NCBI GenBank assembly: GCA_963809895.1
Contig: CAWELD010000010.1
Coordinates: forward strand, 768,001-832,000
DNA from: an uncultured Gemmatimonadales bacterium
GTDB taxonomy: Bacteria > Gemmatimonadota > Gemmatimonadetes > Longimicrobiales > Gaopeijiaceae
Length of the DNA: 64,000 nt
Reading direction: 5' to 3'
Below the pieces are notes generated by a model that worked only from the letters and a program-made list of their open reading frames with translations, did not search any database and was not told the DNA's origin. Of the stretch, positions 48,464 to 59,710 are shown in pieces. Position 1 is the stretch's first letter, and each line of letters opens with the position of its first letter. Position numbers and translations under genes: made by a program.

Positions 48464-49643
48464 CTAACGCCGCAGGCTTTGGAACCAGTTCGCCACCTCC
48501 CGGGCGAAGGGCGCCGGGTCGGAGAGCCGCAGGATCTCGGACCTGTTCGGTGGGAGGAAAGCGGTCATGAATCCGGCAACCGTGCGGATGCGCCCCGGTG
48601 CGCCCGGCGGCAGGTCCAGTGCGTCGGCGCTCCGTCGAACGCGCATCAGGAGGTGGTCGACGTCGCCCATGAGCCATCGACTGCGGACTCCCGGGCGATA
48701 CGAGGGCGACTTCCGTGGAGGGCTGCCCAGGGCCGCATCCACCAGCAGGCGTGGGAAGTCGACGCCCGCATCGATGGCCAGTTGCAGCGATCCCCAGAAG
48801 CGGCCGTTGATCTCCATGATGTAGGGGCGCTTCGACTCGGCATCGATCTTGAACTCGACCATGGCCACCCCGCGCCAGTCGAGGCGGTCGAGTATCGCTT
48901 CGGCGCCCGCCTGCAGCTCCGGGGACAGCGCGATGCTCTCGCGCAGAACGCTCACTCCGCCCGACGGAGGTTTCTCGCGGATCCTCCGATGGGCGAACGC
49001 GGCGCAGGTCCGTCCGTCCCAGCGCAGGAGGAACACGCCGGCACCAGGCCCGACGACCCGCTGTTGGACGAGCACGGGGAAGGCGGCGTCGGCGAGTGCC
49101 GCGACCGCCTCCCGGAGAGGTGCTCCGGCTGCGACGTAGGACACCGACAGCTTCTGGCCACCCTGCACGGACCGGGCCGGCTTGAGGACGGTCGCGTGCG
49201 GGAGCCGTTTCCGGAAGCAGCTGGACCTCGGCTCGGGTTGAGACGAGCGTCTGCGCCGGAACGGCGATGCCGGAGGCGCGAGCTGCCTCCGCGACCCATG
49301 CCTTGTCGCTGGCCCGACGAAAGGTCTCGAGGTCGGGGAACGGCACTCGTGTCGGACCCGACTCCTCGACCTCCGGGAGCAGCGCCAACAATGAGGCTTC
49401 CGTGATCGGAAGGAGTACGTCCGCTTCGGAGTTGCGTGTGAGATCCAGGACCTGTCGCGCATACGCCCTGGGATCCGCGAGAGCGTCGCCGACGACGTAC
49501 TCGTTGGTGGCATGCCGAGACGCTCCGGCAAGGGAGTGCGCCGACGGAGCGACCACGCTCACCCGGTGACCCGCGCGACCGAGCGAGCGCACGACGGCCA
49601 GGGCCGCTCGCTGATCTGCATCCGTGACGATGACGTGTGCCAT
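48464..49643 (-). pseudogene. ATP-grasp domain protein split by a 1-nt frameshift near 49208 (pseudogene or sequencing indel)
   Basis: N-terminal ALAVVRSLGRAG..DK in one frame; VLKP, HRRIREKPPSGGVS, MVEFK, MEINGRFWGSL in another. Confidence 0.85.
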
Positions 49644-49745
49644 GTGCCACCTTGAAAGGAGCCCCTTGCACCGCGCGGTTCGGGGCTCTCAGTTGGCGTA
49701 GTCGAAAACGAAGATTCGGCTCACAGGAGGCGGAAGGGAAGGGCG

Positions 49746-50706
49746 ATGCTCGTCGCGATCACCATCGATACCGAAGAGGATGACTGGGGCACGTACGCCG
49801 CAGAGGGAGCCACTGTGCGCAACATCTCCCACCTGCCCGAGCTTCAGGACCTCTTCGACCGCTACGGGGCCAGGCCGACCTACTTCGTGAACCGACCTCC
49901 CTTGCTCGACGACCGGGCGCTGGCGGTTCTGCGCACCCTGGTGGAGCGGGAGACCTGCGAGATCGGCACCCACTGCCACCCCTGGAACACGCCACCCTTT
50001 CTGGGACCAGCCCGGCGAAGACGGGTCCATGATGTACCGCCTCACGGCCGACCTGAACCGGCTCAAGCTCGCGGAGATCACGGGCCTGATCGAGGAGCGG
50101 CTGGGCGTCCGCCCGATGTCGTTTCGCGCCGGCCGTTGGGGCTTTGGGCCCACGGTGGCCGGTCCTCTTCTGGAACTGGGCTACGAGGTCGATTCGTCGG
50201 TGACACCCTACTTCGACTGGTGGGAGGACGGAGGCCCCGACTACAAGGCGGCACCCAATCGGCCCTACCGATTCGATCCAGGGCGTCCGCTCGAGGCCTC
50301 GGAGGGCGGAGCCCTGGCCGAAGTCCCCGTGAGCGTCGGCTACCTGCAGCGGAACAACACCCGCATGGGCGGGCTGCATCGGTTCATCCAGGAGACCCCT
50401 CTCCGTGCCATCAAGGTCGGCGCCATGCTCGAGTTGACGCGACTCATGAGCCGTCGGTGGCTGTGTCCGGAGATCAACGACGGCGAAGGGATGCTGCGCC
50501 TGGCCCGCCGCCTGGTTTCAGAAGGACTTCCGCACATGAACATGACCTTCCATTCCACGACGCTCCTTCCGGGTGCGACGCCGTTCGTCGGAAGCGTGGC
50601 CCAACTGAGGGAGTTCCACAAGCGGATCGAGGCGTTCCTCGCCTACTGCCGGGACGAGGGCTTCCGCTTCGCTACCGTGCGGGAGGTGGCCCGGGCGGTG
50701 GCGTAG
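49746..50706 (+). pseudogene. Polysaccharide deacetylase-family (WalW-like) protein split by a frameshift near 50012
   Basis: ITIDTEED..EIGTHCHPWNTPPF, then in a shifted frame SFRAGRWG, VDSSVTP, FHSTTLLPGATPFV. Confidence 0.82.
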
Positions 50707-51955
50707 AGGGCAGGGATCCGGCGCGGATCCGGTTTCGCACCGAGATGGCCAGGCGCAGCATGATGAACAATCCGGGAAGCGGATCCCGGGGGTTCAGCAG
50801 GGCGAAGGATCGGACGGACAGGTAGGAGTCCATCCATTCGCGCATGGACAGCTCCCCGCGCCGCCAGGCCTGAGCGGCGGCGATGAGATCCCGGTATTCG
50901 TCGACCCAGGCCACGTGGTCAGGGGGCGTGAGCGGCGGCGTGTCAGGGAGCCGCTCGCCGATCAGGTCCTGATACCAGAGGTGCGGAAGGTTGAATCCCA
51001 CGCTTGCACCCAGAAAATGCGGGTACCACGTGCGCGCGGGAGTGACTTCGAGGATGCGGAAGGTCGCGTCTCGTGGGTCGCGCTTGAACTCGATGCTCAC
51101 ATAGCCGCGAAGTCCGAGAGCCCGCACCACACGTTCCGTGACCTGAGCCACCTCCGGCACATCGAGGGTCTCTGCCAGGGTGGAGGTGCCGTATCCCGGC
51201 GGATACTGGCGGAGCTTGCGCCCGGTCCAGAGCGCTGCAGTGCGCCCGCCGGGCCCGAAGTATCCGTGCGAGAAATAGAGCTCCGTGTCGGGTCCCGGGA
51301 TCACCTCCTGTACCAGCACGGGCTCCTCGGTGACGCTGACCTTGTCCAGCACATCGGCCAACTCGTCGATACTCCCCGCGGCGAAGGCCTTGTTGGGCTC
51401 GAAATGGGCGTCCCAGGCGTCGCCCCGGTGCGTCGGCTTCACCACCACCGGGAAGCGGAGGTCACGCGCTCCCGCGAGGAGTTCCTCCGGTGAGCCGGCC
51501 ACCGTCGCCGGACTGTCGATGCCTTCGCGGCGGCAGAAGTCCTGGAAGCGCCCCTTCTGCATCAGGAGGTCCAGAACATCGGGGTCGGGGACGTGGAACC
51601 GGCATGCGTGGCCGAGTCGCTCCCGGTTCTCCGACAGCGTGTAGACGAAATCGTCTCCGCTCGGGAGCACGGGACATGGCCGTCCGGCGGCTTCCCCGAT
51701 GTCCACCAGGACCCGCACCAGCGCATCGTCTCCCGCGCCGTCGGGCAGGAACACTCGCTCACACAGCCGGGTGCGGGCGCTCATCCAGGTGTGGGTATCC
51801 ACCCAGCTCGTCGGCTCGTGATCCACGGCCACCACGTGCACACCGGCCGAGACGAGGGACCGGACGATCCCGAGTCCGTTCGGGTTCAGCCCCAGCACGA
51901 TGGCCGGTGGGCGGCCCCGTCGCCTGAGCTTGGCGCTGGCCCCGGCCATGGCCAT
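50672..51955 (-). CDS. ATP-grasp carboxylate-amine ligase (D-aspartate-ligase-like)
   Basis: GLGIVRSL, FPVVVKP, VQEVIPGPD, RKLRQYPPGYG, IEFKRDPRD. Confidence 0.85.
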   Translation of the reverse strand: MAMAGASAKLRRRGRPPAIVLGLNPNGLGIVRSLVSAGVHVVAVDHEPTSWVDTHTWMSARTRLCERVFLPDGAGDDALVRVLVDIGEAAGRPCPVLPSGDDFVYTLSENRERLGHACRFHVPDPDVLDLLMQKGRFQDFCRREGIDSPATVAGSPEELLAGARDLRFPVVVKPTHRGDAWDAHFEPNKAFAAGSIDELADVLDKVSVTEEPVLVQEVIPGPDTELYFSHGYFGPGGRTAALWTGRKLRQYPPGYGTSTLAETLDVPEVAQVTERVVRALGLRGYVSIEFKRDPRDATFRILEVTPARTWYPHFLGASVGFNLPHLWYQDLIGERLPDTPPLTPPDHVAWVDEYRDLIAAAQAWRRGELSMREWMDSYLSVRSFALLNPRDPLPGLFIMLRLAISVRNRIRAGSLPSTPPPGPPPAR

Positions 51956-52869
51956 CAGCCCACGACCCCCGCGGCCCGGAGCTCGAAGCCCCGCACGCTC
52001 ACGCCGGCCGGAATGTTGATGCGCGGGATGACCGATGGCCCGTCTCCGGGGTCGTCGAGGTCGGCGAGCCCGCCGTCCACGCGATAGAGGAACCGATACC
52101 CCGCCGCGGAAGCCGCGGCGACCACGGGCTCATTCCACAAGCCGTAGGGGAACGTGAGATGGTCGGCCAACGCCTGGGCCGGGAACTGTGCCTGGATCCA
52201 GGCACGCGAGTTGCTCAACTCGTCTTCCAACTCAGCCAGCGACAATCGTGTGAGATTGGGATGATTCCAGGTGTGGGAGGCGAGGGAGACCTTGGGATGC
52301 GAGGACAGCGCCTGGAGGTCGTCCAACGTGGCGGGTCGATGATCCGTCGACGGAGCGGCGTGCATGGCGAGGCGCGCCGCGACCTCGCCGAGGTAGCCTC
52401 GTGCCTCGGTGAGCGCCAGTTCCCGGGCCTCGGGTGCCAACCCTCTCCCAGGTTCGGCCGCGAGATCCCACCAGAATCCCTCACCGCCCACGAGGCCCGG
52501 GCACACGAAGATGGTGGCCGGTAGACCTCGGGCGCTCAGTACGGGTATCGCATGTCGGATCGCGCCCAGGTACGCGTCATCGAAGGTGATGGCCGCCAGA
52601 GGGCGATCGCCCACGGAGTCGCTCCACACAACCAGTTCGGCCAACGACACGATGCGGTGTGTTTCCATCAGCCGGTCCATCTGCCGCCTGAAGGAATCCA
52701 GGGGCAGGTGCAGGCTGGTGTCGCCGCCTGGCCGGTACGGGCCGGAAGGCACCACATTGTGGTAGGCGAGAATGGCGGCACGTCCGACGGTCCGGCGGCG
52801 CCGGCGAGACGCGACACCGACACCGACGAGGGCCACTTCGACTCCGCTACGCAGGATTCGTCGGATCAC
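51955..52869 (-). CDS. Polysaccharide deacetylase (CE4/NodB)
   Basis: ILAYHNV, ITFDDAY, ASHTWNHPNL, FPYG. Confidence 0.9.
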   Translation of the reverse strand: MIRRILRSGVEVALVGVGVASRRRRRTVGRAAILAYHNVVPSGPYRPGGDTSLHLPLDSFRRQMDRLMETHRIVSLAELVVWSDSVGDRPLAAITFDDAYLGAIRHAIPVLSARGLPATIFVCPGLVGGEGFWWDLAAEPGRGLAPEARELALTEARGYLGEVAARLAMHAAPSTDHRPATLDDLQALSSHPKVSLASHTWNHPNLTRLSLAELEDELSNSRAWIQAQFPAQALADHLTFPYGLWNEPVVAAASAAGYRFLYRVDGGLADLDDPGDGPSVIPRINIPAGVSVRGFELRAAGVVG

Positions 52870-52911
52870 GGGCCATGGGTGTGAGGGATCACCGGGGATT
52901 CTCGAACACGG

Positions 52912-54342
52912 ATGAAGCGCTTGTCACTCGAGACAGTCTATCGTAATGCGCCCACCTGGGCTCAAGAAATCTTCCTCAACGCCTATGCCCTCGGCATCGG
53001 CTGGCACCGATACGGCCGGGCCTACCGCCGCGCGGTACGGGACTGCCTCGAGCGCGACGGCTGGTCAGCGGACCGCATGCGTGCCTATCAAGACGAGCGT
53101 CTGCGACAGGTTCTGCAGGTGGCGTACCAGAACACGGCTCACTACCGGGACGTGATGGATGCGCATGGACTTCGCCCCGAGGACATCACGGGTGTCGAGG
53201 ACCTGCCGGCTCTTCCCCTCCTGGAGAAGGACACGGTTCGAGCCGATGGGGCGCGCCTGATGACCAGGGCGCGGCCGGCGCGAGGGTGGGTACACGGGCA
53301 TACCTCGGGCACGACCGGGACGCCGTTGGGCCTCTGGTACGATCGATGGACCTGCGTCATCACCAACGCCGTCGACCGCCGTCAGAAGATCTGGGGGGGG
53401 ATGAACCACAGCGACTGGATCGGGTTGTTCCTCGGACGGGTCGTGGTGCCCACCGATCGCGGCGCTCCATACTGGCGCGCCAACCACGTGCAGAAGCAGC
53501 TCTGGTTCTCCAGCTTCCACATGAGCGACGACACGCTTCCGCGCTACGTCGCCGAGATCCGCCGCCGCGGCCTGATGTACCTCGAGGGATATCCCTCCAC
53601 GCTCTTCATTCTCGCCAAGCACCTGGTGGATCGTGGCGAACGGCTTCCCATGAAGGCCGTGTTCAGCTCGTCCGAGACGCTGCACGAGATTCAGAAGGAG
53701 ACCATCGAAGCGGCCTTCGACTGTGAACTGTTCGACTTCTACGGACACGCCGAGCGGACGATCTTCGCGGCGGAGTGCGAGGTGCACCGCGGGCGGCATG
53801 TGGCGGAGGACTACGGGTTCGTGGAGGTCGTGGACGCGCGTGGCAACCCCGTCGAGCCCGGCGAGACGGGATATCTCGTCGGTACCAGCCTGCACAACCG
53901 AGCCATGCCCATGATCCGGTATCGCACCGGGGATATCTCCAGTATCGAGGCGACGGCGTGCCCGTGCGGGCGCCCGGCACGGAAGATCTCCGATGTGACC
54001 ACGAAGGCGGAGGACATCGTGGTGACGCCGGATGGACGTCTCGTGTCTCCCTCGATCCTGACCCATCCCTTCAAACCCTTCGACGGGGTCCGGAAGTCCC
54101 AGATCATCCAGGAAGAGCCGGACCTCTTGCGCGTGCTTCTCGTGCTGGCGGAGTCCTTCTCGGACGACGAGCGCGCCCGGCTCATCGCAGGGCTCCAGGA
54201 ACGGCTCGGCACCGGCATGAGGATCGTGGCCGAGGAGGTGGAGGAGATTCCATCCGAGGCCTCGGGCAAGTTCCGCTGGGTCATCTCTCGTGTGGACCAC
54301 TCCAGGTCGTTCGACTGGGCGTCGGCGGAGGACGGCGCATGA
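52912..54342 (+). CDS. Phenylacetate-CoA-ligase-family adenylating enzyme (CapK-like)
   Basis: TSGTTGTP, GYPS, FYGHAE, MPMIRYRTGD, SGKFRWVIS. Confidence 0.88.
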   Translation: MKRLSLETVYRNAPTWAQEIFLNAYALGIGWHRYGRAYRRAVRDCLERDGWSADRMRAYQDERLRQVLQVAYQNTAHYRDVMDAHGLRPEDITGVEDLPALPLLEKDTVRADGARLMTRARPARGWVHGHTSGTTGTPLGLWYDRWTCVITNAVDRRQKIWGGMNHSDWIGLFLGRVVVPTDRGAPYWRANHVQKQLWFSSFHMSDDTLPRYVAEIRRRGLMYLEGYPSTLFILAKHLVDRGERLPMKAVFSSSETLHEIQKETIEAAFDCELFDFYGHAERTIFAAECEVHRGRHVAEDYGFVEVVDARGNPVEPGETGYLVGTSLHNRAMPMIRYRTGDISSIEATACPCGRPARKISDVTTKAEDIVVTPDGRLVSPSILTHPFKPFDGVRKSQIIQEEPDLLRVLLVLAESFSDDERARLIAGLQERLGTGMRIVAEEVEEIPSEASGKFRWVISRVDHSRSFDWASAEDGA

Positions 54343-55574
54343 CGGCCGGCAGCCGTCCGCGACTTCTCTTCCTGTGTCAGAATCTGCCGTACCCACCGGA
54401 CGGCGGAGCGCTCATTCGCAGCTACCACACCCTGCGCCTACTGGCGCGAGATTTCGACGTCACCGCGCTCTGTTTCGTGCGTCGGAGCACCCGGCCCTCG
54501 TCGGAGGCGATCGAGGCGGCTCGGGTGGCGCTCGAGGACACCGCGGAGCGTGTCGAGGTCTTCGAGCTTCCTCAGGAGAGATCGCGGCTTCGCTTCGTCG
54601 CGGATCACCTGTCGAGTGTGTTGTCGGGCCGGGCCTACACACGATGGGCCTACGAGTCGGGGGCATTTCGCACACGCCTCCGGGAGCTCCTGAAGGCGGA
54701 GCCGTTCGATCTGGTTCACGTGGACAGCCTCGACCTGGTGGGATATCTCCCCCTGCTTACGGGCCAGCCCCTCGTGGTAGCGCACCACAACGTCGAGTCT
54801 CAACTGTTGCGCCGCCGCGCCGACTCGGAATCCGGGCTTCGCGGCATGTACCTTCGTAGGCAGGCGCGCCTTCTGGAGAGGGAGGAGCGTCGCTGGTGCC
54901 CCCGCGTGGATCTCAACGTCGTGGTATCTCCCGAAGATGCCGATACCCTTGCAGCGCTGGCGCCGGCCGCGGAGGTGATGGTCGTACCCAACGGCGTGGA
55001 CTCTCGAGCATTCTCCCCTTCGGACGAGGAGCCACGTCGTGAGATCGTCTTTGTCGGGGGGTACACCTGGTTTCCAAATCGAGAGGGGATGGAATACTTC
55101 GCTGTCGAGATCCTGCCATTGATCCGAGATCGAGATCCCGACGTCCCCGTGACCTGGGTTGGGCGCGCGCCAGAGGAGATACGACAAGCCTTCGCGGGGA
55201 GGGGAGTCACCCTGACCGGATACGTAGAGGATATCCGGCCGTACGTCACTCGCGCCGCCTGCTTCGTGGTTCCACTCAGGGTCGGAGGCGGAACCCGCCT
55301 CAAGATCCTGGACGCGTGGTCCATGGGGAAGGCGGTGGTGTCGACGTCGGCCGGCAGCGAGGGACTCGCGGTGCGACCGGGTGAGAACATGCTGGTGGCG
55401 GATGAGCCGGAGTCGTTCGCCGCGGCTGTGCTCCGGGTGCTGGATGACACTGATCTCAGGCAGGCGCTCGGGTCGGAGGCCAGGGCCACGGCGGAGTCCC
55501 TCTACGATTGGGACGTCATCGGAGGACCGATGTTGGAGCGGTACGCGGTGCTCGTATCGAGGGAGAGGGTCTGA
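54339..55574 (+). CDS. Glycosyltransferase family 4 (type common in PEP-CTERM loci)
   Basis: LPYPPDGGALIR, HHNVES, VPNGVD, VPLRVGGGTRLKILDAW. Confidence 0.9.
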   Translation: MTAGSRPRLLFLCQNLPYPPDGGALIRSYHTLRLLARDFDVTALCFVRRSTRPSSEAIEAARVALEDTAERVEVFELPQERSRLRFVADHLSSVLSGRAYTRWAYESGAFRTRLRELLKAEPFDLVHVDSLDLVGYLPLLTGQPLVVAHHNVESQLLRRRADSESGLRGMYLRRQARLLEREERRWCPRVDLNVVVSPEDADTLAALAPAAEVMVVPNGVDSRAFSPSDEEPRREIVFVGGYTWFPNREGMEYFAVEILPLIRDRDPDVPVTWVGRAPEEIRQAFAGRGVTLTGYVEDIRPYVTRAACFVVPLRVGGGTRLKILDAWSMGKAVVSTSAGSEGLAVRPGENMLVADEPESFAAAVLRVLDDTDLRQALGSEARATAESLYDWDVIGGPMLERYAVLVSRERV

Positions 55575-55575
55575 C

Positions 55576-57355
55576 GTGCCTGGGTTCTTCGGTGGAGTCG
55601 GCCACGTGCGGGACGAGGTCGAGCGTCTGCGTCGCGACTTCGCCGCGATCTGGGGCAGCGTGGAGTTCATTGCGGCGGACGGGGCGGCACTCGGCGGTCA
55701 TGCGTTCGTCGACACCCCGGTCGCACGCCTGGAATCAGGTGCGATCGTGGCACGGGACGGCGAGGCGGGCTTCATGCGGACCACGATCGGGGACGCCAGG
55801 CCCGGGCTGCACGGCGTGGGTGTCATGGCCGAGGCGTCGCAGGGAACCATCGAGGTCACCACCGACCCAACGGCGGTCTTCCCGCTGTTCTATGCCGAGC
55901 TACCCGCTGGCGTATTGGTCAGCACGCTCCTTCGGCCTCTCGCTCGCGTGCTCGGCGCCGCACCCGACCCTGTCGCCATCGCAGAGTACCTTCGCTTCGC
56001 CAACACCTTCGACCACCGCAGTCTGTTCGCCGGCATCCGGAGATTGGGACCGGGCCAGCGGCTGACATGGTCGCCAGAGCGAGGTGTGAAGATCTCGGAG
56101 CATAGCCGACTCTGGGCGAGCCGCCTGGACGAGATCGAGTCTCCCGAGGAAGCTGCCGAGGCGCTGCAGCCGATGCTGAAGACGGCGTTGGCCCTCGGCC
56201 TTCCGGAACACGGCGAGCACGTCCTCATGATGTCTGCCGGCTGGGATTCCAGGAGCCTCCTCGCCGGACTCGCCGAGTGGTTCCCCACCGCCGATGTGGC
56301 CACCTTTTCACACGGCGATCTGCGGAGTCGCGAACTCGCCCTGGCCCGGAAGCTCTCCGAGATCGCCGGCGTGCCGTGGCGAGGCCGCACGGTCGGGCCC
56401 GACGTTTGGGACCCGGACCATCTGTCCCGGTCATTCGCCAGGACCGAAACGCTGGTGTTTCCCCACTGGAGCTGGGCCGGAGTCGAGAATCAGGAGTGCT
56501 GCGACGGTATCGTCGGGGATCCTGGGTGAGGTTCTCGGGGGCCACTACGGGACCACCCACGTCGCGCGTGGAGGGGCGAAAGTGGCCGCCCTCCTGCGAG
56601 GACTGGACCGAGGCGCCACGGCAGTCGACGACGCCGAGCCGATGGCCGCCGCCTTCGCTTCGCTCGCCCTCGGGGCACTGGATCGCCCCTGGTACCTGAA
56701 CCCCGAGGTAGAGGGGGGGCGCCGCGTCGAGCTCCTGGACGAGATCAATCAGGACATCACTCGTGATCTGGAGAGGCTCGAGGCGCGAGGCGTACGCGCT
56801 GCCAGCCAGATGATCGAAGCTTTCGTGACGGAGCACCGTGGCGTTCGGTACATCGCAGGACAGGCGAGGGCGCTCCGCGTTGCGGTGGATACGAGCCTCC
56901 CCTATGGACACGAGCCTCTGTTGACCTTCGCGGCGGCGCTTCCTCAGCCCATCAAGATCCACAACCGGGTCAATCGGGCACTCGGTCTGCGCCTTTCGCC
57001 TCAGCTCGGGCGCCCGGCGATGGCCGCGACGCTGGTGCCCGGGACCTGGCCATTGCTCGCGCAGGAGGCGTCGCGAGTCGTGCGAAAGGCCTACGAGACC
57101 CTGTCCTGGGGTCTCTATCGGAGTTCGCGCGGTCGCACGCCGCGAGCCCATCTGGGATGGGTCGACTTCGAGTTTCTTCGTGACGGATCTGAAGTTCTGC
57201 GCGTCGCCGAACATCTCCGGTCCGACCTGTGGAACCGGCCGGCCTTCGACCGACTGGCCATGGAGATGCGTACTTTCCAGCACGCCAGCCAATTGCACCC
57301 CGTGTTCGATCAGATCGGAAAGATCCTCACGGTGGACCGGATGATCGGAGGCTAG
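55576..57355 (+). pseudogene. Asparagine-synthetase-related protein split by a frameshift near 56490
   Basis: MPGFFG start without catalytic Cys; FPLFYA, SLFAGIRRL, MSAGWDSRSL; continues SGILGEVLGGHY in a shifted frame. Confidence 0.78.
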
Positions 57356-58899
57356 GCGTCGCCCGAGACGTTCCGGACGAGGTCCCGTATCTCCGCTGGG
57401 AACGGCCCGCTTTCTCCGCTCAGGCGCTCAACGGCCCATCGGAAGAGCAGCGAGGTCGGATCGCCACCCCGAAGCAGGGCCCATCGATCGGGCTCCTGGA
57501 TGGTGAGGCCCAAAAGACCTCCGAGCTTCTCGACGGCGCGGAGCGCGGCCCAGCGCGTGAGTGAAACACCGGCTGCCAATCGGTGCCGGATCAGGTGTTG
57601 GCCCTCGGAGTCTCGGAGCCAGGACGCGAAATCCGCTCGGAGCGTTCGCCCGTGGGGCGCAACCAGGGTCTGAACCACCGCCCGCTTCCGCTCACCAAAC
57701 GCCTCGCGGGGAATACCCGCCTCCTCCGCGATCCTCCGGGGGATCGGCCTGTCGTAGGATCCGCCCACGCTCCATGGCCTCATCTCTTCGCTTTGCGAAA
57801 TGCGAACGAGGCTATCGATGGATCTCGCCCCGATGAACGGCACAGCGAAGTTGACCCATCCTGCCACCAGGCGAGCCTCTGTGAGCGCCAACCCCGAAGT
57901 ATCACCTCGCTTCAACTCGTCGCCCAGGTAGGCTGCGCCCGGATCGAGGGCCCAGACCTTGTCACCGTGATATCCGGAAATCAGGAGTGAGGGATTGGTG
58001 CTCGCGGCGACATCTCCCGCGAGAGAGCCGAAGACGAGTTCCGGATCACCTGTGCCACCCGCGAAAAAGAAACGCGGGTCGAAGGGTACCGTGTCGGGGC
58101 CCAAGTACCGAACAGGCAGCCCGAGGGCGATCGCGATCTCGGTGGCGTCATCGTGCGAGGCGGCTCGATTCAGCCAACCGGGAAGTGCGGAGTTGGACCG
58201 TCGGGCGGTGTACGCGACAGGGGTAGCGAACCGCGCCGCAAGGGCGCCTGCGGCAGGGGAATCATACCCCCGGGACAGGGTCACTCGTGGAGTGAGAGGG
58301 AATCGCCGTGCGGGGTCCGTCGAATTCGCCAGGATCGCCTCGACCGTCCGCTGGAGAGTTCCGTAATAGTCGCCGAAATCGATGAAGCTGCGTGGCGGGG
58401 TGGCATCGATGATCTCGAGGTCGTCCCCCATGATGCGGAACGGGAAGAAGAAGCGCTGCTGGAGCGTCTCCACCCCTTCGATGGTAGCCGCGATCTCTGG
58501 TCGATAGCGGCGGATGCCCTTCAGGATCGTGAAGGTCTCGTCGGCGTAGGAATGGCCGGGAACGAGGCTCCCTTTCAGAGCGAAGAGAGCGAGTGCGAGG
58601 CTGTTGGAAGCCACGCAGACATCGCGGCCGCGGGCAAGCAGAATCCGATCGATCAGAGCCCGCGAGGGAACGAGAGTCACCCCGTGGTCATCGACCCGCA
58701 GACCGCTTCCGAAGAAACTCTCCGATTCGACGAAGCCACTTTCGGAGAAGGGGGCGTCCCAGACTCCCTCCACGAGTCCGTCTTCGCGGGTTTCCACGTC
58801 GACGCCATGGAGAGTTGTGACCTGCTTCCTCACCTGATTGACGACTGCAAGCCATGCCAGCCGGGGAAGCTCGGCGATCTCTCTGTGGATGAGACGCAA
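57352..58899 (-). CDS. Hypothetical protein with asparagine-synthetase-like PP-loop
   Basis: TLSRGYDSPA, ISGYHGDKVW, YDRPIPRRIAEE, FGERK. Confidence 0.75.
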   Translation of the reverse strand: MRLIHREIAELPRLAWLAVVNQVRKQVTTLHGVDVETREDGLVEGVWDAPFSESGFVESESFFGSGLRVDDHGVTLVPSRALIDRILLARGRDVCVASNSLALALFALKGSLVPGHSYADETFTILKGIRRYRPEIAATIEGVETLQQRFFFPFRIMGDDLEIIDATPPRSFIDFGDYYGTLQRTVEAILANSTDPARRFPLTPRVTLSRGYDSPAAGALAARFATPVAYTARRSNSALPGWLNRAASHDDATEIAIALGLPVRYLGPDTVPFDPRFFFAGGTGDPELVFGSLAGDVAASTNPSLLISGYHGDKVWALDPGAAYLGDELKRGDTSGLALTEARLVAGWVNFAVPFIGARSIDSLVRISQSEEMRPWSVGGSYDRPIPRRIAEEAGIPREAFGERKRAVVQTLVAPHGRTLRADFASWLRDSEGQHLIRHRLAAGVSLTRWAALRAVEKLGGLLGLTIQEPDRWALLRGGDPTSLLFRWAVERLSGESGPFPAEIRDLVRNVSGDA

Positions 58900-58913
58900 G
58901 ATGAACCGGGGTT

Positions 58914-58956
58914 AGAAACGAATAGGGTGCCTCCCGGTTCTGCCGGAGGCGCCCTA
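58914..58956 (-). terminator. Intrinsic terminator downstream of the Big-domain gene
   Basis: TAGGGTGCCTCC..GGAGGCGCCCTA stem; minus-strand tail TTCGTTTCT. Confidence 0.65.
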
Positions 58957-58977
58957 CAGTCTGGCAAAGGAACTTGC

Positions 58978-59707
58978 TTACTGCCAGTTGGGGTTCTGGG
59001 TCCACACCTTGAAGTCGTCGATGAAGAAGTCAGTCTGCTGGTCGAAGCCCGAGTCAGACCAACCCAGAAGATAGCCTCCGTTCACGTGGCCTGAGAACGT
59101 CCTGTCCCAGAACCCCCAGTCCAGCGCGTGCACCAACTGGCCGTTCACGAAGACCTCAGCCCGTCCCGTCACGGATGTCCGGGCCCGAACTCGCCTTGTA
59201 GTGAATTCTGATTTGGGACCACTCGGCCCGGGCTTGATGCGTGCGTTGGGGCCGATAAAGTCCGAGGTGTTCCTGTCCCCGACCGGCCAATTGCTGGAGC
59301 CGTCGGCATGTTCAGACGTCGAGAGGAACCGCCGCATGTAGGAGGAATTGGAGGATTGCCTCTCGTACTCCACGGTCAGGATCTGGCTCCGGCTGCCGTT
59401 GTAGTTCAACTGCATGAACTTGTTGTTCATCGGAGCGTCGGACCGGTGGGCGAAGTTGCTCGGTACGTAGAGCCAATACTCCAGCCAGATCTCGCCGGAG
59501 TCAGGCAGGCCGAAGTTCTGCTCCGCGAAGGAGTCGGTACCACTGGCCGTGCCTTGGTACCGGAAGCGGAGAGCGTAGGAGCTTCCGTCGTGTCCAAAGC
59601 CCGCCCGCACGACTCACGCCACCGTTTGAGCTGTTCGTGGCCGTCCAGCACGCTCCATTCGTATCTGGTGCTCTGGATCCGGTCTCGAAGCCATCGGAGA
59701 AGTCGGG
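58978..59707 (-). pseudogene. Frameshifted C-terminal jelly-roll (polysaccharide-lyase/LamG-like) domain, probably part of the Big-domain gene
   Basis: PDFSDGFETG, YALRFRY, EIWLEYWLYVP, NNKF, EWSQIRIHYK, AEVFVNG, FFIDDFKV spread over alternating frames. Confidence 0.7.
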
Positions 59708-59710
59708 TCA

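Noticed and set aside
49659..49688. GAGCCCC...GGGGCTC hairpin and partial sigma-54-like words between divergent genes
   Set aside because: GG-to-GC spacing is wrong on both strands; function unsupported
43700..59700. Impression of lower GC and more A/T third positions suggesting horizontal acquisition
   Set aside because: Not quantified and no boundary repeats or mobility genes seen; needs a sliding-window GC3 calculation
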